From Planctomycetota bacterium (GTDB taxonomy: Bacteria; Planctomycetota; UBA1135; UBA2386): 64,000 nt of DNA. Positions 11,600 through 20,437 of the stretch are shown here, piece after piece. Where the stretch lies: NCBI GenBank assembly GCA_965228735.1, contig OZ245838.1:5792001-5856000 (forward strand), in the 5' to 3' direction. Numbering within the stretch: the first letter of the stretch is position 1; every line of letters starts with the position of its first letter. The notes beneath the pieces were generated by a model. The model was not told where the DNA came from. It did no database searches and worked only from the letters and a program-made list of their open reading frames with translations. Position numbers and translations under genes: made by a program.

Positions 11600-11689
11600 G
11601 TCTTCGGGCCGGCCGAGCAGGAGGGGGCTACGTTCTGTCCGTTCCACGCCTCGCCTGCGGCGGGCGCGCGTCCTAAGGTGTCCGCCCCG

Positions 11690-12178
11690 ATGAGCGACAG
11701 CACCCTGGAGCCCCGTCCCGTCTCGGCCAGCAAGGTCGAGATGACCGAGATCGTCTTCCCCAACGACACCAACCCGCTCGGCAACGTGATGGGCGGGCGC
11801 GTCATGCAGTGGCTCGACATCGCGGCCGCCGTCGCCGCGGGGCGCCACGCGCGCACCCCGGTCGTGACCGCGAGCGTCGACAACGTCGATTTCCACAACC
11901 CGGTTCCGTCGGGCGGCGTCGTCATCCTGCTCGCGTCCGTGAACTTCACGGGGCGAACATCGATGGAGGTCGGGGTGAAGATGTTCTGGGAGGAACGCGC
12001 GACCGGCAACCGGATCCACGTCGTGTCCGCGTATCTCACGTTCGTGTCGCTGAGCCCCGAGACGAAGAAGCCGCGGGAAGTGCCGCCCGTGTTGCCGGAG
12101 AGCGACGAGGAGAAGCGGCGCTTCGCCGAAGGGCAGAAGCGGCGGCAGCAGCGGTTGGCCGAACGGAAGAAGACGTAG
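11690..12178 (+). CDS. acyl-CoA thioesterase (hotdog fold, YciA-like)
   Basis: VFPNDTNPLGNVMGG, VVTASVD, GRTSMEVGV. Confidence 0.92.
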   Translation: MSDSTLEPRPVSASKVEMTEIVFPNDTNPLGNVMGGRVMQWLDIAAAVAAGRHARTPVVTASVDNVDFHNPVPSGGVVILLASVNFTGRTSMEVGVKMFWEERATGNRIHVVSAYLTFVSLSPETKKPREVPPVLPESDEEKRRFAEGQKRRQQRLAERKKT

Positions 12179-12191
12179 CCGCTGCGAGCCG

Positions 12192-12641
12192 GTGATCCGC
12201 GCCGGGCTGTTGTGCCTGCCCGTGTTGGGCTGCGTCGGGGTGCCGGCGCCGGTGGACGACCCGCTCGCGTGCTTCGCCGAGCACTACGAAGTCGCGAAGT
12301 CGTTGCTCGCGAACGCTGCCAAGAGCGAGGGGCGCATCGGTCTCGTGGACCTGCGCGTCGCACGCGTTGGGTCGTGGTCGAGCCACGTGGTCTGCCGCGC
12401 GGAGCAAGCGTGCGAGGCACTGGGGATCGCCGCGGGCGAAACGGTGCAGCTCGAATGCAACGCGGAGCTCGCCGAGTCCGAGGGCAAGAGACCGCGCGGC
12501 TCCGAGAACTGGAGGGTGGGCGACGTGAACCGTTGCGTCGTCCGCCGCCACGACCTGGTTCCAGACCTCTACTACCGGTTCTGGGTGATCCTCGCCGCGG
12601 ACCCGACCGCGGTCGCCGAGGCTGGCCGGTTCCCAGATTGA
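12192..12641 (+). CDS. hypothetical lipoprotein
   Basis: N-terminal LLCLPVLGC; fills the gap on the same strand as its neighbours. Confidence 0.55.
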   Translation: MIRAGLLCLPVLGCVGVPAPVDDPLACFAEHYEVAKSLLANAAKSEGRIGLVDLRVARVGSWSSHVVCRAEQACEALGIAAGETVQLECNAELAESEGKRPRGSENWRVGDVNRCVVRRHDLVPDLYYRFWVILAADPTAVAEAGRFPD

Positions 12642-12746
12642 CGAGTTCCCGGTGCGGGCGGGAGGGGGCGCCCCTCGTTCGATGCCGGCACCTGCGAGGT
12701 AGAGCTGCCGATCGTTCTGCCGAGCGTGCGGTATGCTGCGTCTTGG

Positions 12747-13271
12747 ATGTCGCCGGAAGACGTGAAGAATCAGATCGCGCACGCGTTCGCAGACGGGGAG
12801 TATCCCGGCGATCAGCGCCTGGCCGGCTCCATCGAGGGCGACGAACCCGCGCTGCTGGCTAGCGAGTTCCGGGGCAAGACCGACTGGCGGGCGTTGGATG
12901 CGGCGTTTCTCGACGAGGCGCCCGACGGCTTCTCGTCCGCCCTCAGCTTCTTCTCGGACGAGGCGTTTCGCTTCTTTCTGCCGGCATACCTGATCGCGAG
13001 TGTCGATGAGCAGCTCGAGAGCGTCGAACCGGTCTTTCATCTCATTCACGGCCTGACGAACGCCAGTCGCGACGAGCTGGTCAATCCGAGGCGCTACGGT
13101 GACCAGACCTGGTTCGATGCGCGGGCGGCCAGGTTTGCCGCGTTCAACGTTGCGGAATCACAGGCAGTTGTGGCGTACCTGCGCTTGATGCGGGCACGAG
13201 GCGCAGCCAATCGCAGAGAGATCGACGAGGCCTTGGCCAACTTCTGGGCCGCGAAGGCCGATGAGGCGTAG
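12747..13271 (+). CDS. DUF6714-like protein
   Basis: IAHAFADGEYPGD and LSFFSDEAFRFFLPAYL; family recalled by eye. Confidence 0.65.
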   Translation: MSPEDVKNQIAHAFADGEYPGDQRLAGSIEGDEPALLASEFRGKTDWRALDAAFLDEAPDGFSSALSFFSDEAFRFFLPAYLIASVDEQLESVEPVFHLIHGLTNASRDELVNPRRYGDQTWFDARAARFAAFNVAESQAVVAYLRLMRARGAANRREIDEALANFWAAKADEA

Positions 13272-13333
13272 CAACGTCGGGCTCGCCGCTCGGCACGAAG
13301 CGAAGCCTGCGGTCAGGCTCTACGATCGAGTCG

Positions 13334-13705
13334 ATGACGACGCGATTCGTGACTTGGGCCTTGTGGCTGATTCCGCTCGGCGCGTGCGCGACGCGTCCGC
13401 CCGATCAATGGCCCGGCCAGGATGAGATGACGGACTGCACGTTGCTCGACCTCGCTGATTCGGGTCGCTACGAAGGCCGCGACTCCAGTTTCTTCTACGA
13501 TCCGCCGACGGACCTGGACGCGGTGATCTGGGCTCACATCTGTCGACAGATGATCGATCGGGGTGATACGGCCGAGACGATCTCGAACGAACTCTCGGTA
13601 GACGGTTGGCTGATCCGCCTCGTCAACCGGTCGCTCGTCCTCGTCGTCTACCACGGCGAGCACCAGGTCCCGGATGGCGAGCGCGTCTGGCTGGTCCGCT
13701 TGTAG
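13334..13705 (+). CDS. hypothetical lipoprotein
   Basis: Lipobox LGAC; TACGAT 7 nt upstream of the ATG. Confidence 0.6.
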   Translation: MTTRFVTWALWLIPLGACATRPPDQWPGQDEMTDCTLLDLADSGRYEGRDSSFFYDPPTDLDAVIWAHICRQMIDRGDTAETISNELSVDGWLIRLVNRSLVLVVYHGEHQVPDGERVWLVRL

Positions 13706-13781
13706 CGGCGGCAATGGCGGTGAGCGCCGGCGACGGCGTCGTCTTGCATCCCCTTCCCGGCGAAGCGCTATGATCGACCCC

Positions 13782-14706
13782 ATGGAGGCAGCATTTCGGG
13801 CAACCGCGGCTGGAGTTCTGCTGGCAAGCATGACGGCGGCGCAGGGCCTGCAGTTCGCGTCGGAGATCGTCACCCCGAACAGCACCCGGGCGTGTGGTGG
13901 GGGCGGCAGCTGCCTGGTGCATCCAGTCGGGCCGGTCGGGTTTCCGGTCTTCTACTACGAGAGCAGCAGCGGTCTCGGGACGCTTGCGCTCGATCGCGTT
14001 GACGGCCTGTTTTGGTCGCGAGCATCAGCTGCGAGCTATCAGCATGCCGCCGGCGGCGAGTCCGAAGTGTTGACCACCTTGACCTCGGCGCTTCCCGCGC
14101 GCGTGCAGCTGCTCGTCACGCACGTCTATTCGCCGGGCCAGCTCGCGTTCGCCGCTCATCATGTGGAAGCCAGCATCGACATTGGCAACGACGGCGCGGT
14201 CGAGCTCATGGAGCCAGAACTCCTCGGTGCCGACGACGTCCTTCGGCGTGCATGTGGACCAACGGGGAACGGGCGTACTCTGGAGCAACTACAGCGGCGG
14301 GTTCGCGATCCATGCGGCCCCGTCTTCCCTGCTCGAACTCGACTTCGTCGACCCTGTGCGGGAGCCTGCGTACGGTCCGAGTTGCGTTGGTGAGCTCGGT
14401 TGCCAGCACGGCAGTGCGCCCTTCGAGCGCGTGTTCGTCGCATCGTTCCCGGGTGACACCACGTTGGCATGGCTGATGGGCGGCACCCAGCAGTGGCACG
14501 TGCAGTTTCCGAACTTCTACTGCCCGTTGCTCGTCGAGCCGCAGTTCATCCTCGGGGTGCCACTGGTCGACGGCCCGAACGGCCGCAAGTTCGTCGACTT
14601 CGAGGCCACGTTTCCCGCCGTTCCGGGGCTGACGTTCTATGCGCAGGGCATCGCGATCCGTGGCGGCACGTTCATCGGCACGAACGGCGTCGTGATCCAG
14701 ACATAG
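13782..14706 (+). pseudogene. secreted protein gene split by a frameshift near 14205-14212 (paralog-like to 50869-51912)
   Basis: One frame gives a signal peptide and ...ASIDIGNDGAVEL; the protein-like continuation WSQNSS...YGPSC...TNGVVIQT is in the +1 frame. Confidence 0.7.
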
Positions 14707-14724
14707 CGGGAGATCGCGCTCCGA

Positions 14725-15228
14725 ATGCGTTGCCTCAACTCGAGCCGGGTCTCGCCGCCGACGGACGAGCCAGCGAACAAACTCGCGATCGTCGCGAGCG
14801 TGACCATTGCTATCGGTCTGGCGTGGGTGGGGGTGTGCTGCCTCGACCATGTGCGGCGGTTCGGCCTCTTGGGGCAGCGAGCTGAAGTCGTGCGAGTTCG
14901 TTCTTCCTCGGGGATCGAGGCGGCGGTCATCGAGTGGGACAACGGTGCAACTTCGGATGTCGGTCACGAGGTTCATGTGGCTTGGGCGGAGGGGTCGGCG
15001 CACGTCGCGAGCCTGTATGTGGCGCATCTGAACGAGCGCGGTCGCGGTGTCGTCTGCCGTTGGCAGGGGGACACCCTCGTGATCGAGTACTGGCGAGCCG
15101 TTCGGGCCGAGCGACTCCGGGAAACCGTCGAGGTTGGTGACCGTGAGGTTCGAGTCGTGCTGGCGGACAATCGCTACCAGGAAGGTCCCGCAGGCAAGAT
15201 GGTCGAATGGGCCACCGAGCAGCGGTAG
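14725..15228 (+). CDS. hypothetical membrane-anchored protein
   Basis: One N-terminal TM segment, then beta-rich sequence (DNGATSD, CRWQGDTLVIEY). Confidence 0.6.
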   Translation: MRCLNSSRVSPPTDEPANKLAIVASVTIAIGLAWVGVCCLDHVRRFGLLGQRAEVVRVRSSSGIEAAVIEWDNGATSDVGHEVHVAWAEGSAHVASLYVAHLNERGRGVVCRWQGDTLVIEYWRAVRAERLRETVEVGDREVRVVLADNRYQEGPAGKMVEWATEQR

Positions 15229-15250
15229 GCCATCCCGTGAGAGAACTGAC

Positions 15251-16129
15251 ATGACGAGGCAGCTGCAACGAGCAGTTCTGTGGATCGCGCTCTTGGGGAC
15301 GGGCTGTGTGCCGGTTCGCGATGGCGGCGACGCCGAGCCGTTGGCCGGATTCAGGGATGCGGGCCGCTTCGTTCCGATCGGGATGGAAAGCTTGGTCGTC
15401 GATCGCGGCTCGTCGTGGCTCGCGGGCTCGGGCAGCGAGTTGGCGGCTGGCGCGAAGTGCAAGGCCGTCTGGGCAGCGCGTGACTTCGAGTCACCGGTAG
15501 GTTTGGTCGGTGCTGGCGCGGCCAGTTCCGTCCATGTCCTGGACTTCGAACATGGCGGCGCCGCTGCCCACTTCGCGCGCCGCATACGCGCTCACGAGCG
15601 TGCTGGCAACGTGGTCCAGCCAACGTCGGTCCGCGAGCAGCCTTGCTGGCACATCACGACCGCGGGGAACGGGCTGAACGAGTGGCTCTGCGTCGTCGAC
15701 GACCGCTTCGTCGTGCAGGCGTCGGGTCGCGACGAGTTGGCGGCTGCGCTCACTCGGCCCGGCGGCCTCGACGCGGGCCTCGCGGCGTTCGGCGACCAGC
15801 AGTTCCTGCCGACGGACTTCATGCTGGCGATGTTCTTGCTGCCGCGGCGGCCGGTGGACGACGGCTTGAGCCTCCCAACACCGCGCGAGCCGCTGGTGTT
15901 CACGCTGTCGTCGACACCGCGGCGGTTGGCAATGTTCTGGCGCGCCGGTCCGGTTGATGCGCATCGCGACGTCGCTGCACAGCTGTGGTCGAATTCGGAT
16001 CCGGAGGTCGCGCAACGCGACGGTTGGCAGTGTCAGGATTGCGAGACGAAGGAGCAGGGACCGCTGCGAGACGCGCCCGGACTCACGTTGATGCTGCTGA
16101 CGTTCGCCGGTGTGCGGGTGATTTTCTGA
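15251..16129 (+). CDS. hypothetical lipoprotein
   Basis: MTRQLQRAVLWIALLGTGC lipoprotein-like signal. Confidence 0.6.
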   Translation: MTRQLQRAVLWIALLGTGCVPVRDGGDAEPLAGFRDAGRFVPIGMESLVVDRGSSWLAGSGSELAAGAKCKAVWAARDFESPVGLVGAGAASSVHVLDFEHGGAAAHFARRIRAHERAGNVVQPTSVREQPCWHITTAGNGLNEWLCVVDDRFVVQASGRDELAAALTRPGGLDAGLAAFGDQQFLPTDFMLAMFLLPRRPVDDGLSLPTPREPLVFTLSSTPRRLAMFWRAGPVDAHRDVAAQLWSNSDPEVAQRDGWQCQDCETKEQGPLRDAPGLTLMLLTFAGVRVIF

Positions 16130-16250
16130 CGTGTATCGCGGCATCGCTGCGTTCCCGGGTGTGGGTGTGCCATTCGCACCGCTGGCTGGGGCACCGGATG
16201 CGCGCCATCGGGTTGACGGTTGCGGTCCCGTAGCGGATCGTCGATCCGTG

Positions 16251-16976
16251 ATGCGGTTCTGGCTGCGCCTCCTGCTGTCCCTGGTGCTCGTGGCCGCGCT
16301 TGGCATCGCTCTCCCCGTTCTCGCGATCCTTGGCCCCTGGTGGTTCTCGCGGTGGGGGCCCGACTTCACGCACCAGCCATCGCCGAACGGAGACTACGTC
16401 GTCGTCAGCGAGAGGTGGGGCAACGCGCTCGACGGATACATGAGGGTCTGGATCGCGGCGCGAGGCGACGAGCAGGACCAGGACCGTTGGACGAGGATCG
16501 CGCCGACGGTCGATGGCGGCTGGTCGGTGCGGTGGGCGGCCGCGAACCATGTTGTGTTGGTCGACCACGGGTCTGGTTACTCGCGTCGTCAGCCTTACGC
16601 GGAACAGCGATTCGGTGACGTTCGGATCGAAACCCGTGGACCGGGCTACGAGGACGTTCCGGTGGCGAGAGAAATGCCGCAGCGGGTTCACGTCCGTCTC
16701 GAGAGTGCGGCCCTGCCGAACTGGGGCGTCGGGCGCGGCAGCGAATGGCGGCTGACCCGGAAGATCCGCGTTCGCCGCGGCAGCCCGGTCGAACTCCTCC
16801 TCTCCTCTGACCGGGACTGTTCGTTCACCATCGAGGCGTTGCGTGTCAGCGAGGTCCTGCCGGCGGAGTGGCCGCAGATCGCCTGGTTCATGCCGACCAC
16901 GGTCGGCGAGTGGAACGTGGAGGCTCGCGTCGGTGGGATCCGCTGCGATGGAGTTCTGATCGTCGAGGCGCAGTAG
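16251..16976 (+). CDS. hypothetical membrane-anchored protein
   Basis: MRFWLRLLLSLVLVAALGIALPVLAIL TM segment, then PSPNGDYVVV. Confidence 0.6.
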   Translation: MRFWLRLLLSLVLVAALGIALPVLAILGPWWFSRWGPDFTHQPSPNGDYVVVSERWGNALDGYMRVWIAARGDEQDQDRWTRIAPTVDGGWSVRWAAANHVVLVDHGSGYSRRQPYAEQRFGDVRIETRGPGYEDVPVAREMPQRVHVRLESAALPNWGVGRGSEWRLTRKIRVRRGSPVELLLSSDRDCSFTIEALRVSEVLPAEWPQIAWFMPTTVGEWNVEARVGGIRCDGVLIVEAQ

Positions 16977-17006
16977 GTGCTGATGCGTCGGTCGGGCTGC
17001 GATACG

Positions 17007-17123
17007 ATGAAGCGAGACCGCGCTGGAACGTGGATCCTGTGGTGTTACGTGATCCTGGTGTACGGCTGCTTCGCGGCCGTCGCGGGCTTCGTGATCTGGC
17101 TCGTGGGATTCAGCGGAGTGTAG
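17007..17123 (+). CDS. 38-aa single-TM small protein
   Basis: MKRDRAGTWILWCYVILVYGCFAAVAGFVIWLVGFSGV*; too short for the ORF track. Confidence 0.4.
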   Translation: MKRDRAGTWILWCYVILVYGCFAAVAGFVIWLVGFSGV

Positions 17124-17263
17124 GAAGCGCGCATTGCCCGGCTGTGAAACGAGAGTGCGGCGTTTCGGATGGCGTCGGCAGTCGTCTCTTGCAGCCACGG
17201 GGCTCCGTTCACGCCATGGTGCGGTGGCATGCAAGGTTGCGCCTCACTCGGTAGGATGCTGGC

Positions 17264-17494
17264 ATGTCGGAGCTCAAGGCGCGCGTCAAGAACGGTCGGC
17301 TCGTCCTCGATGAGGCAACCGATCTGCCCGAGGGGACCGAGGTCGATCTCGTGCCGGCCGACTGGTGGGACGGTCTCTCGGATGATGATCGGCGCAAGCT
17401 GGAGTCCGCGCTTGCCAGATCGGAGGATGATGTTGCGAACGGGCGCGTGAGACCCGCAGCTGACGTTCTCCGCGGCCTCCGCCACAGAGCGTGA
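17264..17494 (+). CDS. putative type II antitoxin
   Basis: 76 aa; KARVKNGRLVLDEATDLPEGTEVDL swapped-hairpin-like N-terminus, acidic C-terminus; GTGA overlap with the toxin. Confidence 0.75.
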   Translation: MSELKARVKNGRLVLDEATDLPEGTEVDLVPADWWDGLSDDDRRKLESALARSEDDVANGRVRPAADVLRGLRHRA

Positions 17495-17808
17495 CGCAGC
17501 AACGCTGGGAGGTGTTGTTCGCAGCAACCGCTGAAGAGCAAGCGCGCACGATCGCGGACTGGTGGGAGGTGGAGCGGCCCGCCAACCCCGGCTTGTTCTT
17601 CGACGAACTCGTGGACGCCATCGACCGGCTCTCGGACTTTCCAGGGACAGGCGCGTCTGTCGATTCCACCGTGCTCGAGGGTGTCAAACGGATCCTCCTG
17701 CCTGGAAGCCGATACCACGTCTACTACACGATGGAAGCCGATCGACGTGAGGTTCTGATCCGCGCCATCTGGCACGGCTCACGCGGTCAGCTGCCCGAGC
17801 TCGGTTGA
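17491..17808 (+). CDS. type II toxin, RelE/ParE family
   Basis: 105 aa; AIDRLSDFPGTG, RYHVYY, VLIRAIWHGSR. Confidence 0.85.
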   Translation: MTQQRWEVLFAATAEEQARTIADWWEVERPANPGLFFDELVDAIDRLSDFPGTGASVDSTVLEGVKRILLPGSRYHVYYTMEADRREVLIRAIWHGSRGQLPELG

Positions 17809-17895
17809 GGGCGGCAGATCGATGTCGATTGCGGGTCACAGGGGCGGAAGAGGCGGCGACTCGTTCGACGGATCCCATTCGATCCCTCCATCTCG

Positions 17896-18119
17896 TTGAT
17901 CAACGACAGCGCGGGCTCGGCGGTCCGGATCGCGTTCTTGTTAGTAGTGCCGCATCCCCGGAGTCGGCGTTCACCCTACGGCCAGAAGTACGACGTTCGC
18001 GGTAGGCTGGTGGGGCCCAGTGGCCGGAGAGCAGTGGCCGGAGCGCATTCGTTATTTCCGGGTGGATCATCCTCCGCGGGACCCGGGTGCCCAGATTCGT
18101 GACCGCATTCCCCTCATAG
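17896..18119 (+). pseudogene. DUF6883-like gene remnant (5' end lost, frameshifted)
   Basis: SPYGQKYDVRGRLVGPSGR in one frame; WIILRGTRVPRFVTAFPS* (18063-18119) in another; abuts the DUF4926-like gene. Confidence 0.65.
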
Positions 18120-18356
18120 ATGATGCAGTTCCACAAGCTCGATACGGTCGTTCTCGATCGCGACCTGCCCGACCACGGGCTGCGCCGTGGTGACCTAGGC
18201 GCGGTCATCGAGGTCTACGAGCCCGATGCCCTGGAGGTCGAGTTCGTTGCTGCATCGGGCAGGGCCGGGGCGCTCGTGACGCTCGCGATCGACGACGTTC
18301 GAGCGATCGCGCCGGAGGACCGGCTCGCGGTTCGGCCCGGCGACCGGCCGGTGTAG
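18120..18356 (+). CDS. DUF4926 family protein
   Basis: LDTVVLDRDLPDHGLRRGDLGAVIEVY...LEVEFV..SG. Confidence 0.8.
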   Translation: MMQFHKLDTVVLDRDLPDHGLRRGDLGAVIEVYEPDALEVEFVAASGRAGALVTLAIDDVRAIAPEDRLAVRPGDRPV

Positions 18357-18367
18357 CTGGCCACGCG

Positions 18368-20416
18368 TCACTCGACCCGGTAGGTCCGCGGGGCGTCCGC
18401 GATCGCGCCGGTCACGACCACCGATCGCGGGCCCTGCTCGATGACCGTTTCGGTCGCGAAGTTGACCGTCACGTGCACGTCGCCCGCCGCCGTCCGGTAC
18501 GTCGCCCGTTGCACCAATCGATCCGCCGTGAGGTGACGGAAGTCGACGAGCGGCGCGGTTGCGAGCACGCGGTGCAGCGGACTCCAGAACGCGAAGCGCT
18601 TCCTGATCGCCGCCAACCGCAGCGGCCACGCCGCGCGCGAGAGATGATACATCGGCGGCGTCATCGTCAGCAGCTCGAGCAGTTCGCGGTCGCCGCGCAC
18701 GTTGCTGAGCTTGAGCGAGTCGAAGCTCCAGTGATGGGACGTCACGAGCTCGTCGCCGATCGCGGCGCGATACAGCGGGATGCGGCGCGACGGGTCGAAG
18801 TATGGAACGCGCAGGCTCGCCGGGATCGGCACCGGGTCGAACGATTGCTCCGGCGTGTCCGGCGGCCAGTGGCGGCCGAGGAAGTGCTCGCTCTCGCGAT
18901 CGCGCAGCGCGGGGTCGAGGTGGCCGATGTACGGCGTATCGACGCCGTGGCCGAACGCGATGACGTCGGCGAACAGGATCGAACCGCCCTCGCTGCCGAC
19001 GACGAGGTCGTGCTCGTCCGCGAGCCACTGTAGGCGGTCGCGGCGCTGCCGGGTGTCGTCGATGCGGGTCGCGGGGTGGTCCGGGTGGTAGTCCTCGAAC
19101 GCTTCGCCCGTCGCGTCGCAGTCGATGAACCACGCAGAGAACGGCGCCTCTTCGCACATGCCGTCGACCCTGGCGTGCACGTAGGGCCGCGCGCTCGCCG
19201 GTGCGAAGTGGAAGCCCCGGCCGCGGAAACCGCCGTGTCCCGAGCCGTCGGCGTTGAGCACGCGCCCGTTCTCGAACGCGGCTGCGTCGAACTGCGCGGT
19301 CTCCCACGTCGAGTCCGGTCCGGCGTTCGGCGAGTGCACCGAGTGATACGAGTCGTACGGGCCGAACAGGTAGCCGAGCTCTTCCGCGTGCGCGATGACG
19401 TCGGGTCGCACTTCGTCCTGGTGGAGATCGCTGGTCAGCAGCAGCGCGCGATCGATGCCTGCATCGTGCAGCGCGGTGAGCATCGTCGCTGAGATGCCGT
19501 CGCCCCACGTCTCGGGCCTGCGCAACAGTTCGCCGAACTCGCGCAGCAGCGCCGTCTTCGTGGCCGGGTCGCGCAGCGCGCGGTCGATCGCCGGCGCGAC
19601 GATGCGGAGCAGCCACGCCTCGGGCCACTCCACGTCGGCGAGTTGCTTCACGGCGTCGCGTTCGTCGTCCGAGAACGTCGACCGCAGCTTGCCAAGCGGT
19701 GAGTCTTCGCCGGCCGCGCGCAGCGCACCCGCGACCGCGCGCCACTTCTGGCGCGGCACGTCGTGGTGCGAGAACCGGGCGCTGCCCCACAGATAGACGT
19801 GGGGGGCGCCGAGCAGGCGCCCGATGCGCGGCTGGTTGGTGATCTTGTCCGCGAGCGACACGGGCTTCGGCACCATGCCGAGCTCCGCCGCTGGCGCCGT
19901 TGCCCGCCACGCGCGAAACACGTGCGCGATCGCGAGCGGTGCGTTGTCGGTCCACTGCGTGAGCACCACGCACGGTGCCGCGTCATGACGGCCCTCGGGC
20001 ATCCGAAACCGGATGCCGACGCGATCGCCCGTGACCAGTTCGGCGTAGTGCGGCCACGGCACGATCACCGCGAGCGTGCGATCGCCGTAGCGTGCGCCGA
20101 GCAGCGGCAGTTCGAGGAGGTTCCACGGCGACCCGTTGCGCAGCCATCGCGTCGCGGCGTCGTCGTCCGCGCGCACCTCGACGCCCGCGGCGAACGGCAC
20201 GATCCACGCATCAGCGCCATCCGGCAGCCAGCACGTCGCGAGCCCGTCGTCGCCGGGCACGACCGTGCGCCGCTGCTGCGCTTCGCCGCTGCCGCCCGTG
20301 AGCTCGACGACGGACTGGGCTGGCAGCGCCGCGAGGATCAGCAAGATCGGGGCGACGATCCGGGCGCTGATTCGGGCGCCGACTCTGGCGGTGCTTCGGG
20401 CGCGGGCGAGCGGCAT
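18368..20416 (-). CDS. secreted glycoside hydrolase, GH129/GH101-related
   Basis: Signal peptide; GYLFGPYDSYHSVH, WFIDCDATGE, LVVGSEGG. Confidence 0.7.
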   Translation of the reverse strand: MPLARARSTARVGARISARIVAPILLILAALPAQSVVELTGGSGEAQQRRTVVPGDDGLATCWLPDGADAWIVPFAAGVEVRADDDAATRWLRNGSPWNLLELPLLGARYGDRTLAVIVPWPHYAELVTGDRVGIRFRMPEGRHDAAPCVVLTQWTDNAPLAIAHVFRAWRATAPAAELGMVPKPVSLADKITNQPRIGRLLGAPHVYLWGSARFSHHDVPRQKWRAVAGALRAAGEDSPLGKLRSTFSDDERDAVKQLADVEWPEAWLLRIVAPAIDRALRDPATKTALLREFGELLRRPETWGDGISATMLTALHDAGIDRALLLTSDLHQDEVRPDVIAHAEELGYLFGPYDSYHSVHSPNAGPDSTWETAQFDAAAFENGRVLNADGSGHGGFRGRGFHFAPASARPYVHARVDGMCEEAPFSAWFIDCDATGEAFEDYHPDHPATRIDDTRQRRDRLQWLADEHDLVVGSEGGSILFADVIAFGHGVDTPYIGHLDPALRDRESEHFLGRHWPPDTPEQSFDPVPIPASLRVPYFDPSRRIPLYRAAIGDELVTSHHWSFDSLKLSNVRGDRELLELLTMTPPMYHLSRAAWPLRLAAIRKRFAFWSPLHRVLATAPLVDFRHLTADRLVQRATYRTAAGDVHVTVNFATETVIEQGPRSVVVTGAIADAPRTYRVE

Positions 20417-20437
20417 GCCAGCACCGTATCGGTGCGG

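Noticed and set aside
12192..18356. Integron cassette array
   Set aside because: No recurring attC-like sites between the genes and no integrase.
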